Shown: in pieces, positions 10,791-24,381 of the stretch
How positions within the stretch are numbered: position 1 is the stretch's first letter
Layout: each line of letters begins with the position of its first letter
Origin: Sphagnum compactum
Taxonomy: Eukaryota
Direction: 5' to 3'
DNA length: 64,000 nt
Assembly (NCBI GenBank): GCA_965153455.1
Contig: OZ234493.1
Span: 2,356,001 to 2,420,000 of the forward strand
Translations under genes and position numbers: made by a program
The notes under the pieces: generated by a model
What the model saw: only the letters and a program-made list of their open reading frames with translations
Database searches by the model: none
Told to the model about the DNA's origin: nothing

Positions 10791-13626
10791 ATGGGGGATC
10801 TAAAAGCTCGACTCCTCCCTCCACGGCTTAAGTCAGCAGGTCCGTCTGATTTCATTCGACCTCTGTTCCATGGCACGGATGCACCAAATCTCAAGAAGAG
10901 AGGTCAAGGAGTGCGGTCATGGATCCGCATTGACAAATCAGGAAACTCACAGGTTCTTGAGGTTGACAAAGCTGCAATCATGCGGCGATGTCAGTTGCCA
11001 GCTCGAGATCTTCGTTTATTGGATCCCCTCTTTGTCTACCCTTCAACAATTCTGGGCCGAGAAAGAGCAATTGTTGTCAATTTGGAACAGATCAGGTGCA
11101 TCATAACAGCAGATGAAGTCTTGTTATTGAATTCTCTTGACAACTGCGTGCTGCAGTATGTTACTGAGCTTCGAAGGCGGCTCATCACAGAGAATCAGTT
11201 TGGATTTCCGGGTTTCAATTGGCCATCTCTGGGAGGTCAACCTATTGATACCTATCCTGGCAAACAGCAACATCCCAATAACTGTGATAAGCACTTGGAA
11301 GCCTCAGAGCGAGAGAATCAACAGAAGAGTGGAAAGGTTGTAAATCATGGTGATATGTTTAGTGGTTCATCTTCTGAATATCTTCCTTTCGAGTTCCGTG
11401 CCCTTGAAGTGGCACTTGAAGCTGCTTGTACTTTTCTTGACACCCAGGTATGTGGAATGGTGGTATTTCAGAAAGATTGTGATGTTGTTTTGTGATTAGA
11501 GGTGCATATGGAGTGTGTGTGATGAAGCATACACTTTGGGACTGTTGGTGGTCCATTTCAGTCAGACCCTAAATGGATTCAATTAGTTTTCTACAGCAAC
11601 TACTTGGTTCATGTGAAAGTCAATCTGATATAGCTTATGTATTTGAAAAGCTTGGAAGTTGCCATATTGTGGTGTAAGGAGATGCCTGCTCTCTTGAAGA
11701 ATTCCACAGTTTTGTGGATGCACTCTTTTGGAATTTCCTGGTTACCTGGGGTTCTCACTGGACAGGATCCAAAATGCAGATGTAATAAGTAGTCATGCAT
11801 TTGACTATTAACAGGGTGGTTCATGGTTGTTTTTAATAGTTCTTCTGAAGTTTTCAGTGAGCAATGTTCTTTAAATGCAGAGAGTTCTTCAGCACGCAGG
11901 GTCCAGGATTTGAGCTTGCAGTTGTGATTGCATGATACTCATTAGAAGTTTCTTTGACAGCACCAGGTTTATGGTTGTGTTGATGTGCATTGTATGAGAA
12001 ATGCAGGCAGCAGAATTGGAGAAGGAGGTCTATCCAGTTCTGGATGAGCTCACATCTAAGATCAGCACACTTAATTTGGAGCGTGTTCGGCGCCTCAAAA
12101 GTCACCTTGTGGCACTTACACGAAGAGTTCAAAAGGTAAGTCATTGGGCATTCCTCTCTCTGCATGATTTTGTGGTGTAATGCTCCTATTCATCTCAGTG
12201 CTGCTCATGTGTGCTAAAACATAAGGTAGTTGCTTGTTCTGGCCTTGGCAGGGTTCTGACTTTTGTTTATCTGAGGTCCCAATGTGAAGGTGATCTTTAG
12301 ATTCAGTTCTTTACAACAAGCTTGAAATCATAATTTGATGTGGACAAAGGAAATGTCGACCAACATTTCTTTTGGCATCTGGAAACTGTATTTTTGTCAC
12401 TCAGTGCACATATTTAAGAGTTGGGCTTGAGCATAACGACGTGTTCCTCATATACCACCACTCTATTGTGGTTGGGTTTTGTGCACAGGTTCGGGATGAG
12501 ATTGAACAGCTCATGGATGATGATAGTGACATGGCAGAATTATATCTTACTGAGAAGAAAGAGCGAATGGCACTCCATGCTTTGGACAATATCACACAAT
12601 TTAATTACAGTAACATGGGGGCAGGAGTGTCAATGTCAGCTCCCGTATCACCTGTCTGTTCTCCCACCAGCACAGCCCAGAGCCAGTTGCAGGAGAAGAC
12701 TTTGGAAAGAATGCATAGCCTTGCAAGGTCTCGGCAGAGCCATGGCAGCTCTCAAAATGAGGATGATAGAGTGGAGGAACTCGAAATGTTGCTTGAGGCT
12801 TACTTTGTCGTTATTGATGGCACTCTGAACAAGCTAACTTCAGTAAGTTTTTGTTACCTCAGTTTTAGTGATGAACTTCAGTTCATATAGACCATATGGC
12901 AGCCATACTTTCTGTCAGATTCTGGTATGGTGAGAGGTAGTTCTGAGGGAGGATTGTTGTCCGGTGGATGCAGTTGAAGGAGTACATAGATGACACGGAG
13001 GATTTTATCAACATTGAATTGGTGAGTGTTTCACACCAGATCTGCTTGTGTCCTGGTCAATTTAGGAACTTTTTTCCTGGAATGGTCTTTGAGGATTTCA
13101 TCAAACTTATCAAGTATTTCAAACCTGCCTTTGAAGGTGCTATGCAATGATGGGTATTTGGGCTGATGATGAAGGTTCTTGATTTATGTCATTGGCTCCA
13201 AATGAAAGATCTTTAGATGGTCGGAGACAATTCTGAAATGTTTAAAGAGAGTCAGATGTATGGTTCATCAATTTACTCACATGTGTAATTGCAGAAATAA
13301 ATTCAAGGCTTGAGCATTCAGTTGGGTTGTTACATGCAAGGGTTCTGGAATCTCAGTAGAGAATTTGAGCTGAATCTTGGAACTTTTGAAAACAGGATAA
13401 CGTGCGGAATCAGCTGATACAGTTTGAATTGCTGCTGACGACAGCCACATTTGTGGTTGCAATTTTTGGTGTGGTGGCTGGTGTATTTGGCATGAACATT
13501 CCAATCGACTTATTTGATGAGCCTTGGGCCTTTAAGTGGGTCTTGATTATTGCTGGAGTAGCAGGCATCATTATCTTTTCTGCCTTCATTTGGTTTTTCA
13601 AGCAGAAGCACTTGATGTTCACGTAG
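10791..13626 (+). CDS. MRS2: MRS2/CorA-family magnesium transporter (MRS2-1-like), 472 aa; join(10791..11447,12007..12135,12489..12842,12974..13021,13396..13626)
   Basis: Diagnostic motifs LPARDLRLLDPLFVYPSTILGRERAIVVNLEQIRCIITADEVLLLN, LPFEFRALEVALE, ELEMLLEAYF and LKEYIDDTEDFINI, plus the GMN motif (FGMNI) between two C-terminal hydrophobic helices. All introns are GT-AG, phase 0; the 1419 nt frame is open. Confidence 0.96.
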
Positions 13627-15103
13627 TTGGTGATGAGAATCCAGGTTGAAAGGGCAGGACAGTACCTGCTGAATCAATGGCTCTCTGCAAGTTCCTAATC
13701 GAAGAATATCCAAGGGGACAAAGTATGTGAAACTTCAGTGCAAACAATATACAGTGCTGCAATGTTCTCCCTGTTTCATTATTTTTCATGTACAGCTCAC
13801 CAAAAGGGTGGCAAAAGTCTTTGTACATGACTCAAGGAAAAAGTGTGTTCTATTGTGTATGTATGCACCATGAGTTTTTATGAGGTGATGAAGTTTCAGT
13901 GTACTAAAATTTTTCCTGAAACCAAGCAGTCCTGTACAGAGTGTGGAGTATTGGATCCATTGCTCATCCCTTTGGCTTCAGTTATCATGCATCAATTCAG
14001 ATTTTGAATTGGGACATGCATCAACAACTGTTGAGGTACACCACTAAGTTCAAACAACTAGTTAATGTAATGATCACAGTAGACCCTGAGAGAACAGTTC
14101 ATGAGATTTTCAAAAGTGGGCTATACTGACTAAATATGTATATTTCACATTATATGATTTCACTAAGAAGCAACTGGTTACATTTGGTGGGGCCGAGGAA
14201 ACGATCATTGAAACTTTTGTTGTTTTCTTGCTCAGATGGGGTTGATCTGATAATTTACTTCACCTATAATGGAACCACTGTTATCTGTTTATTCAAATCC
14301 TTGATTGTTGAGACCCAGTGCTCATCAGTGCCAGTTAAATATGTCAAATGCAGAAGAACCATGTTTACAGAAGGGGGAACGCATTAGTCAAGGAATTCTG
14401 AGACTTGTAAACTCCCAAATAGCATATCATGACATTTGGAGGGAAACAAACTTAGTCTGCAACATAGAATGCAAAGTCATTTGGAGCATTGTAGCAAACA
14501 TGTTCTGTACAGTAGATGGTGCCAGAATATATGGGGGACTATTGCTAAGTGCACTGGTGAAAAAAGCAATCATTTTGCTGCCATCATATCATCACTGCAT
14601 TTTAAAACTAGTCAAAACTATACCCAAAAAAACCAGCAACAAAGACTCTTCTCATAGATCTTTAAAAAAAGCCAACTCTTTGTCAAAGTTGGAAGACTCG
14701 GGGATGGTATTGGGTGATGTCTATTTCATTTTCTGACTACAGAGAAGATATGCTTCGTTCTCAAATTACACAGGATTGTGGTACGTTTTGCTTGGCATTT
14801 ACATCTTGCTTGGCAGTCAAGCATGTCTTATACTTGACTTACATCACCATGTTTGGCTTACTCAAGGAAAAACAGGTTTTTCGCAGGGTAGGCAAATGGG
14901 CTGTTACTGTTGATGGAAACAGAAAGGAAATAATCAACCTGGCCTGCTGAATTCACAATGTTGTTGTTCCCAGTTGCTCGCTGTAGCAACTCTGATACCT
15001 TTCAGAGCTCTGAAACTAACCATAGCTTGTGCAAAGCTGCTGATGAAGAGAGAGGGGTGGGGGGTGGGGGCCAGGGGGACAAAACACAGGATGATGATGT
15101 GTA

Positions 15104-18100
15104 TCAGCCAGATGATCCACTGCTTCCACCACTTCGTGATCTAGAATAGAACCTGCTAAATGTAGATGAAGTTCTTGGCTTCTGTGGAGGCGTTTCATCT
15201 GCTGCTACTGAATCCTCGCTCAATGATTTAGGTCCATTGCTGCTCCGTTTCCTCAGGGACCGAAGAACAGATCCTGGAGACCGGGCTGGTGATGCTGGCA
15301 TTGATATTGAGCCATGTCCAGAAAGCTCAGACGGTGCCGGTGGTGATGGAGGTACTGTCCCAGCACTGTCTGTGTAGTCGTTACCAAACCTGTGACCATT
15401 TTCACCACCCTGGTGCCAGCCGTAGAAGCTTTGATCAGCAGAGGCTGGTCGTCCCTTGTACTGCCTTCCTGGTGGAGTTGGGATTGGACTCAGTTTGCCG
15501 CCTCCCGGGTGAGGAGGTGGCTCCACAGTGGTAGTAACAACCCAGGGAGAGGAGGAGCTTCGTTCACGCAGTGCAGATGGAGAATGGTTGTGTGCATCAG
15601 CAATGTCAGGCAAGCATGGGATCACTTCTGCAGCATTTGTCTGCCATTGGAGAATCTCCATGTTGGTTGATGGCTTCTTTATAGATGTCACTGAGTCTGT
15701 TGATGAGTCAACCGATGTCTCTGTTCGCTCTTGGGTTGTGGTGGCCAAAGGAGGAACTGTTCCCATCACCTGCAGCTGCTTGCCAAGGGCTTGTATTGTT
15801 CTTTGACACTCTGCAAGAGCTGCTGCAGCCATTTCCCTGTCCTCTCGCTCCTGTTTCATTTCAATAATCCAACATACCAAAAAGAGGATTTGAGTGAAAA
15901 AACATTCTGGGAAATAGCAAAAGTATTACAGAGTTTGCCACAAAACTCAAGAGATTGCATAGCAGTGTTGATGGGCACAAAATATGCACCTTTCTAGACT
16001 TGGTGTCTTCATCCTGTGATGTGGAGTGACTGGTCCAGTCCCCATTTCTAGCATGGGACCCTCCTGAATGCTCACTCTTACTGGCATTCCTGCAACAAGG
16101 CAATCATAACAATCAATTTACAGCTGATTTCATTGACCATAATCTTTGCCACCCTACACATTGGAGATTCTAGAAAGTCAAGCTGGGCATAGGAACTGCA
16201 ACAACTCTACCACCCAGGAGGATTTGATAGCTTACAGGTGAAGTTGGTGCTGTAGGTTTTCAAGCTTGGCCATAACCTCCTGATGTTGTTGCCGTTCATC
16301 ACGTAGTTGGACTTCCAGCGCTGCTACCTTATCATGCAAATGATTCATCTCTCCGGTTGCTGCCTGCAAGCTTGACACCACTCTTGGATTGACTGATGAC
16401 AGAACCATCAACTCTTCCTCCAGTAACTCATCCTCCTTCAAACCTTCTGAGTCTTCTTGTGTATCATCCTGCAAAAAATTTGTGTCCCACCCAACCACAC
16501 ATGCCAGAATCATGTCCCACCCATTCATTTTGTTTTGCAAAGCTCATCTCCACTGACCAACTGATGATACTAATTTGCTCTGAACAATTTTGGAAATGGT
16601 GACAAATAGACATAGAAATTAGGTGAGGCCCTTGGCAATCCATATTGGCATCAAATGCAAATGGGAAATCTGAGAGTAAAAATCTCACCTGGTGCATTTC
16701 ATGGTCAAAGAGAAGAAGAAGCCTCTCCTCCTCTTGTTCTTGCACCTTCAATTGCTCCATCTTTTCATTGACTATGTTCAAGTGGTCTTCAATATCAGCA
16801 TTTCCACCTCTAAGATGTTCTTCTACCTCAGTGGTGGCAGTGGTGGAGGCCACAGCTCCCACAAATTGATTTGAAGGCCTTGGTGGCAGCTCTTCTTTCA
16901 CAGGACTTCTTCGATCGGCTGCGTCGATCTCTCCATTGGGCAAGAATAATGGTGCACATTTGAGTTCATTTAAGTTCATCATGGTGGCAGTGGCCTGGGC
17001 TTTAGCATGTTGTTGTTGTGCAAGAAGCTCTGAATCATCATCATCATCTTCATCACATTCAGTGACTTGATGGCTTGAATGGATTTCAAATGGCTTCAGA
17101 AGAATAATTCTGTCCAAGGCTGATGCAAGCTCTGAAATGAATTCAACCATGTCACACTTGCCTTGCAACAACTTGTTTCCTGCTAGAACAAGGAGTTGCA
17201 TAGCATTTTCCAGCTCCAAGTCTTTCCATTGCATGCTTTGTGCAATTTGAGCCCCTCTCTCTCCCTGCAGATGTGACCCTAACATCTTGCCTGTGCCGTC
17301 AATGTGCATTGTGACCAACAAAGTGTGTTCACTCCCTGTTGCTTGTGCAAGAGCTTCAAGAATGCCCACAATTTTCAACAAAGATGCTGCTAGCTCTATG
17401 TGTGCCGTGCTTGCCTTAGACTCTGCATCAGAGACAGATGCATCATGCTCTTCTGGAGCCTCCACTTCAGATGAGCATGTCTCTGACACAGACCCAGTTT
17501 GCCCATTCTCTCTTCCCCTGGCCAGGATATCTTTGATTGAAAATCCAGACATCTGATCTGATAGTGCCGGGGGTCCATCGCCACCTCTTTCCATGTCAGA
17601 CTGGATTTCATTCAATCGGTCCAGTTGGTCTTGCAAGTTAATCAACAAAACCTCATTTGCTGAATTCCTGGATTGAAGAGCTGTAAGCTGTTCCTCAGCC
17701 GTGGCAAGCTTGGCATTGAGGCCACAGATTGTGTGATTGGCTGACTCCAATTCCCGACGAGTTGAAGCCAATTCACCTTCCAGCTCTTGGATTTGGTCTG
17801 AAGCAGCAGCTGTGAGTGGACTTTCTCGTGGTCCATCAAAGGATGCACTGTCAGAGTACGTGATTTCAGACTTCGCAGGTTCCGACATCTTTGCAAGCCG
17901 CTCCATTTCAACAAAGTCATCCATAAGCTCGTAGCTGAGAGATGCTTGACCTTTGTTAGTATGGCCATTACTGAGCGGCAGCATTTTGGACTTCTTCTTG
18001 AATTGGTCAAGCTCAGCAACAAGTGCAGATGCCCAGGCATCTGATGATGCATCTCCGTTAGTGTCCATGTCTGTGGAGTGATGGCGCTGATGATGATGAC

Positions 18101-20807
18101 TTCCTCCTTTAATCAGTGTCTTAATCTCTTGCTGCTTGGATTGGTGTTGAACTCCAAGTGCTCGATCCAGTTCCTCTTCCACAAGCGACAAGCGGTTAGC
18201 AGTCTTCACACATGTGACATGGGCATTTTGCAGCTCCTCATTGCGCCGAGCAAGTGCCTCTTTGAGCATTTTCATCTCTTCATCCATCGCTGCCATCTTC
18301 TCTGCTATCCCACTACTCATGCCATTATAACCCAAATCATCATGCACATTCTCCTGCATCATGCCCATCAAACTTGGATCCATATGGCGTCCACTATGCC
18401 CCAGTGAGCGTCTCCGTTTGCTTTCTATGGCATGAACCTTCCCCAATCCCTCAACCTCATGCCGCATCTGCTGAAGAGCCGCAGGACCTGGATTGCCTCA
18501 GCAAAAAAAAATCAACGAAATGAATGGAATGGCACACAAATATGTCAATGGCTGAATTCTGTAAGACTCCACATGAAAGAGTTCCTTGACCAGAATGCTA
18601 AAGACTTTCTCATCTCAGGATGATGACATGAAAACCTCTCTCTCACCTGGAAGCTTTTTGCGGATAAGAACCCGTAGGCGATTGCATTCCTCCTCAAGCT
18701 TGGCAATTTTCTTAACACTTTCAAGGTGTTGTTTGGCTGCAATATCAGCTGCCTTGCGCTCGTACTCTCGTTCCTCATTTCTAATCTCCAGTTCCTTGTT
18801 CAGAACATGTACTTCGTATTTGAGATTCGCATTTTCCTTCTCCATTGCCTCAAGCCGTACCTACAGGCAGCAACCACCGCACCCCCACAGACAAACTCTC
18901 ATGTGTGTCAACTACGAAAGGCATTTGAACAAGAAAAGCTTGGATCTTTTTCGGATTCAGTCAGCAACAAACAAAAACCATCATGCATCATTGTGTATGA
19001 GAACTGTTTTGGCACTCTGAACCCTGACCTGTAAAATCTTGATATCCGCTTCTGCTCGTCCTTTGGATTCTCCAAGTTCTGCAAGGCTCCTTGAGCGTTC
19101 CTGTGCACAAACAATGATTCAACAGGAGCAAAATCAGATAACTTTGCTGCGAAAAATGTATGACTTTTGCACTTGCATAAACATCAATATTGGTTTCTTC
19201 ATTGTTATACCTGCAATGCATGTGAGAGTGCCTTTCCCTCAGCCCTGGATTCGAGAAGCTCGGTGCGGGTCTGGCTTAAGATCTGGGAGGCTTCGGCCAA
19301 CTTGGTTTCCATCTCAACTCGCAGTTTGTCATATTCTCTCGTCTTCTTCACCAGTGTGTCATGAATCAGTTGTTCTTGCTCCTCCCGCACATGCCGCAGC
19401 TGCTTCATGCATTCTTTCAAGGCTCCATCAAGGTGAGCAACACGGTCCTCAGTTGCTAATTTTTGCTGCAATGCAGCATCCAATTGTAGCTTCAAAGCCA
19501 CTGCTTCTGCTTCTGCTTTCTCCCACCCTAGAAAACAAAGCAAAAAGAGATATCATCATCATCAACTCATACCGTCAGTTTTCTTATGTGCAAGAGAGTG
19601 AGTGTCCATCTTTTTCCACTGCAAAGCACCCTTCAAGGTTTTTTTTTAGTGAAGTTTTCTTTTACCACTGACTGCTTCTTCTGCAACTTTGATGTGCTGC
19701 TTCACCAGGTTGTCCTTGATGGTGATATCTGCAAGTGCGGTCACAAGCTGCTCACTCACACTTTTGGCTTTGTCCTCTGACTGCTGCTGCTGTATTGCTT
19801 CATCTGCTGCTACTGCACGGACATGGTGGGTTTGTAGCACCCTCGCTGCAGACACATCCTGTGGCCCAAAAAATCACATCCATAAACAAAGACAAAGAAC
19901 AACAACAATCAATCAATTTGTTACTACTGTCTGTAGCAAAACCCTCAGCAAAAGATCTCCTGATTTGAAGACACCTCCAGAACTCTTGCTTCTCTCTTTG
20001 TTGCCCTTACCCAATGAAGTCTGAGGATTCTTGGCTAACAATCCATGGGTTTGCAAGGCTGAGATTTTGCACACCTTTTGTGGTGACATTTGCACCGAGA
20101 AAGAACGATGATGTAAATCCCATCTCTGCATCAGCATCAACATCACCAACACCCAGACCCCTGAGTGGCCTGTTAGAAAAAAAGTAGCACACAAAAGCAA
20201 GCCTTTCTTCTTCTTCTCTCTTCTTCTGCAATGTAGAGAAGAAACAGGGAACTTCTTCCTACATTGGATACGTAAGTGAACAGGAAAAGCAATCAAGTGT
20301 TGTAAAGCTTCACAGATATACAAAAGCAACGTGCAAAACCCTTTGACTGCAAGCAGAAGAAGAACCCCAGTTCCTCAAGAATGTCCTGTAGACTATATAT
20401 CATCCCCACTGTGACTCAGACAAACAGACAGACAGACAGCGACAGAGACAGAGAGGATGGAATGAAGGCCATTGGGTGATGGCTGCAAGGTATGAAGGTA
20501 CCAAGCTCTACAAGAGCATACAAAAACTCGGGATTAAATTGCAGACACCATGCATCCAGATTCCAGAACTTGGTCATGACAAGGATTGTGCATGAGGCAC
20601 CCAGACAGACAGACAGAGGAGTTCACAAAATTTGGAGATGGGTTGAACCTGTTGTTGTTTTGGTTGTTGCTCCTCAAAAAGTGAAGAAGAATTGGGTGAA
20701 GTTCCAGCAGACACAACACTAGCATTGGTGGCAAGCTTCTCACTGGGGGACTTTTTCTTCCATGGCCAACTACGACGTGAGCTCTCTTTCTCCTTCTCCT
20801 TCTCCAT
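15104..20807 (-). CDS. FPP: Filament-like plant protein (FPP/DUF869 coiled-coil family), 1277 aa; complement(join(15104..15850,15990..16089,16236..16468,16689..18487,18647..18860,19029..19100,19211..19527,19666..19858,20649..20807))
   Basis: Family motifs [102 protein letters not shown] and [15 protein letters not shown]. Nine exons with GT-AG borders and consistent phases give a 3834 nt open frame. Confidence 0.92.
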
Positions 20808-22259
20808 GGCAATAAAACCACCTTTCTACAATTTGCAGCTGCTGCTGATGATGATGCGTCTTCCCTTGATCAGCAAGACTTTCTCTCTGTCTCTTGAGCT
20901 GGTTCTCCTTAACCTGTTCACAACCCAATACCAAGCCCACTCAGAATATGTCTGTCTGTTGCAAGCACAACAGAAAAACTACTGCAAATTATGCCATCTA
21001 TATACAGCTAGTTCCCTCTTGCTTGCTTGTCTGCAAAGCTGGAATCTAAGAAGATGTGCTGAAGTATGTCCAGACTTGTGATCAGGAGGAGGAAGGAAGG
21101 AAGAACTATGGCATGATCTTTGGCAACCATCATCATCCTCTGCACAAAGATGATGATGATGATGATCACAAAGGGACTTCTTGAATGGTGTTGGGTACAC
21201 AAGAGAGATGCATTGATGATCATGGCTCACATTCCCAACTGCACACAATGGGTGGGGGTTTCTCTGACTCTGCTGCTCCGATCCTCCTCTTTCCCCTCTT
21301 CTCAACTGGAAGAAAAACTCTCTTCTCTGCCAATCCCCTAGCTACTACGACTACTACTGCAGAAGAAGCTCTGTTCCTCACCGTCCTCCCAGTGGCGGCA
21401 ATGTACGTATGCGAGATCCTTCTCCCACCCGCCGAGAAGAATGCAGAAGAATGCTTGGACACTACATGAAATCAGTCCAAAGCTTTGAGCTCGAGCTGTC
21501 CCCTTCTTCCACCAATTCTCCCTCCCACACTTCCTCACTCCCTCCTTGACTGCCACGTTCTTCAAAGAAATTCAGAATCTGGAGCTGCTCTTTTCAACAG
21601 CCATCCCTGAAGAAGAGCAGAGCCATGGGGTGAGAAATGGTTCCGGGTCTCCTCCTTCTCGAGTGTAATTCCGTGGTGGAGCTAGCTATATGTCAAAACA
21701 TCCAGCAGGCTCATTTCCTTCTCCTCCTCCTCCGCAGAAGACTCGAGCTGCTTGCTTGCTTGCTTGCTACAGTTGCAACAATGTCAGACTGGGGAAAAAA
21801 ACAGGCGCAGGAGGGACGATGACGACGATGATGTTTAGCGAAGAAATCTCAAGAGTTTATGAGAAGCTTTTGGGTGGGTTTTTTTTTTTTGCTCTGCTGC
21901 TGCTGGTGAAGCAGCAGCTTCGAGCTGAGCAGCAGCGACAGAAGAGACAAACATGGGATCCACAAGGAAAACCTCTACAACTGCCTCACACATGTCACAT
22001 TGCAAGACAAGAAGTCGACGGAACAACACACAAGAAAGAGAGAGGGACACAGAGACACAGAGAGAGACACGCAGAGAGAGAGAGAAGACGGTGGAAGTTG
22101 CAACCAAACCAAGAGGAGGTTGAAGCTAGACCTACAACATCGAGCATGGAGAGATCGAGGCAGAGAAGCAAGCAAGGAGAGGAGACAACCAGCCACAAAA
22201 ATCTCTGATAACTACAGCACCAACGACTTAAGGAACATGGAGGAGAAGCAAACTAGTAG

Positions 22260-22719
22260 TCGGGAGGAGGAAGAGAGAGATAGAGAGGGGGGGGGGGGGG
22301 GGGGGCGGGGGATGCTTACCCAACACGCAAAACACGACAGTAGTGCTGCAAGAAGAGAGAGAGAGAGAGAGAGAGAGAAGCTTGAGACAGGAGCTAGCTG
22401 GAGACCAGAAGAGTCAATAACAAAACAGAAACCAAAACACGCACTCAAAGCTTGGGAGCTGAACAGAATCACAGCCTGAAACCAAAAAAAAAAACACTTG
22501 AGAAGAAGAAAGAAGAGGAAGAAGAAGAAAAACGATGACGAAGATGTGAAGGAGAGATGCGGGTGTGCAAACAAGCGAAGGCAGGGGGGCAATGTGAAAC
22601 GGTAAGGGAGATTGTGAAGAAGAAGACAGAGATTTGAGTGATGTGGAGGAGCTGAAAGAAGCTTACAGCAACAACACCACAACCATCCAGAACAACTAGA
22701 GAAGTGTGAAGTGGTGTGC

Positions 22720-22757
<38 letters not shown>

Positions 22758-22760
22758 CGG
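22260..22760 (-). promoter_or_regulatory. CT/pyrimidine-rich (Y-patch-like) region, probable promoter or 5' leader start of the FPP gene
   Basis: Long (CT)n and poly-C tracts on the minus strand ~1.5-2 kb upstream of the ATG. TSS not determined. Confidence 0.35.
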
Positions 22761-22819
22761 GGAAGGGAAGGGAAAGAAGGGACCCACTCCTTTCATAGCA
22801 GATGCTGTCGGAGACTGAT

Positions 22820-23204
22820 GCTTCTTTTACTGCTGACACACAGCCCCTAGTATCTACACCTGTTGTAGATTTCACCAACTAAGTATATATTTCAAACCTC
22901 CCTTGCTCTCTCTGTCTCTCTCTCTCCTTTGCTTTCACTATATAGTACCCCCATGTATCTACATCTGTTGTAGATTTCACCAACTAAGTATATATTTCAA
23001 ACCTCCCTTGCTCTCTCTCTCTCTCTCTCCTTTGCTTTTACTATATAGTACCCCCATGTATCTACATGTGTTGTAGATTTCACCAACTAAGTATATATTT
23101 CAGACCTCCCTTGCTCTCTCTCCTTTTACTACTGACACATAGCACCCAGTATCTACAGCTTTTGTAGATTTCAGTAAGTACGTATATATTTTCAAACCTC
23201 CCTT

Positions 23205-23242
<38 letters not shown>

Positions 23243-23520
23243 CTTTGCTTTTACTACTGACACATATAGCACCCAGTATCTACAAATATTGTAGATTTCA
23301 CCAAGTAGGTATATATTTCAAACCTCCCTTGCTCTCTTCTCCTTTGCTTTTTTACTACCGACACATAGCACCCAGTATCTACATACGTTGTAGATTCCAC
23401 GAAGTAAGTAAATTTTTCAGACCTCTCTCTCTCTCTCTCTCGTTTCATTGTGCTACTAACACACAGCACCCAGTATCCACAAATCCCAAACAGAATCTAC
23501 AAAAGTTGTAGATTTAAGCA
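22820..23520. repeat. Tandem array (~91-127 bp units, x7), each carrying the palindrome ATCTACA-N5-TGTAGAT
   Basis: Palindromes start at 22852, 22957, 23060, 23151, 23278, 23377 and 23495. Unit length varies mostly through an internal (CT)n tract. Confidence 0.93.
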
Positions 23521-24342
23521 AATATTGCTAATCTCCTTTTCCCAACACCACAAGACCAACACATTCACCCTAAATCCATTATCTATGCCTATAGTAGATT
23601 TCATTTTGGGGGTGTAAGAATGTTGTATGACATCTTATACAAATGTAGATTTCAGGTGAGAAATAATAATAATAATGTTTAATTATAATAATAATTATTA
23701 ATAATAATTAATAATAATAAAACTTTAATAAAATGTGCTTTTTTGTGAAGGAAAATGAAGCATCTTAATGGAAATTATTCAGGAATATTCCCTTTTTGGG
23801 TCGGAAAATTAAAAAAATCTTCAAAAGTAAAATAATTATTCGATGCAGAGACCTGGAGATTAACCTGCTATTGAACTATGGTAAAGTTTGAGTCCAATGG
23901 CTCACATGAATGAAGTAGTGGATTTGGTCAGATTTTTCTAACCACTGGATTTGGTCAGATTAAAAATCCAATGGTTGGTTTTTGGTAATCTCATTGATGA
24001 ACACTAGTAGTAGATTGGGTCACCATTTGTTGACCTAATTAATACATTATTGGGTCAGATTTAGTGGGTCCTAAACCCTAAACCCTAATCATACAGGTAA
24101 AATAAGTGCAAAACAAGGCTTGAGCTTTTTTTTTAGGTTTTAATTAAAAATTGCCTTCATATCTCACCTAGCCAAAACCCTAGTAGACTTTACACTTTTG
24201 CATAGTGTGTTATATGCAATTCTCTCTAGTAAAAGAGCTAGTTCACAAGTTTTCGGGGCTTTTTTTTTTTTGTTTTTCGATTTTGTAATGATGCCAAACT
24301 GGTTTTCATCCACAAGAACATTTAGCCAAATTTGGCTATAGA

Positions 24343-24381
24343 CCCTAAACCCTAAACCCTAAAAACCCCTAAACCCTAAAC
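24343..24381. repeat. Short interstitial plant telomere repeat (CCCTAAA)n
   Basis: CCCTAAACCCTAAACCCTAAAAACCCCTAAACCCTAAAC. Similar short tracts occur at ~24070, ~32705 and ~55030-55100. Confidence 0.8.

Noticed and set aside
14305-14950. ORFs between the convergent MRS2 and FPP 3' ends
   Set aside because: No recognisable motifs or splice structure; probably 3' UTR or intergenic.
19039-19671. 210-aa plus-strand ORF and other ORFs antisense to the three genes
   Set aside because: Shadow ORFs of real exons on the opposite strand or frame.
21637-22796. Several 60-194-aa ORFs on both strands
   Set aside because: Low-complexity products of GA/CT microsatellites in the FPP leader/promoter region, with no recognisable domain.
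22852-23513. CRISPR array (TCTAC..TGTTGTAGAT resembles the Cas12a direct-repeat stem)
   Set aside because: The intervening sequences are homologous to each other rather than unique spacers, the loop is 7 nt between TCTAC and GTAGA rather than 4-5, no cas genes are present, and the context is a spliced plant locus.
24070-24381. Chromosome end or telomere fusion site
   Set aside because: Only 3-5 repeat units per tract and no head-to-head junction; such short telo-box tracts are common in plant genomes.
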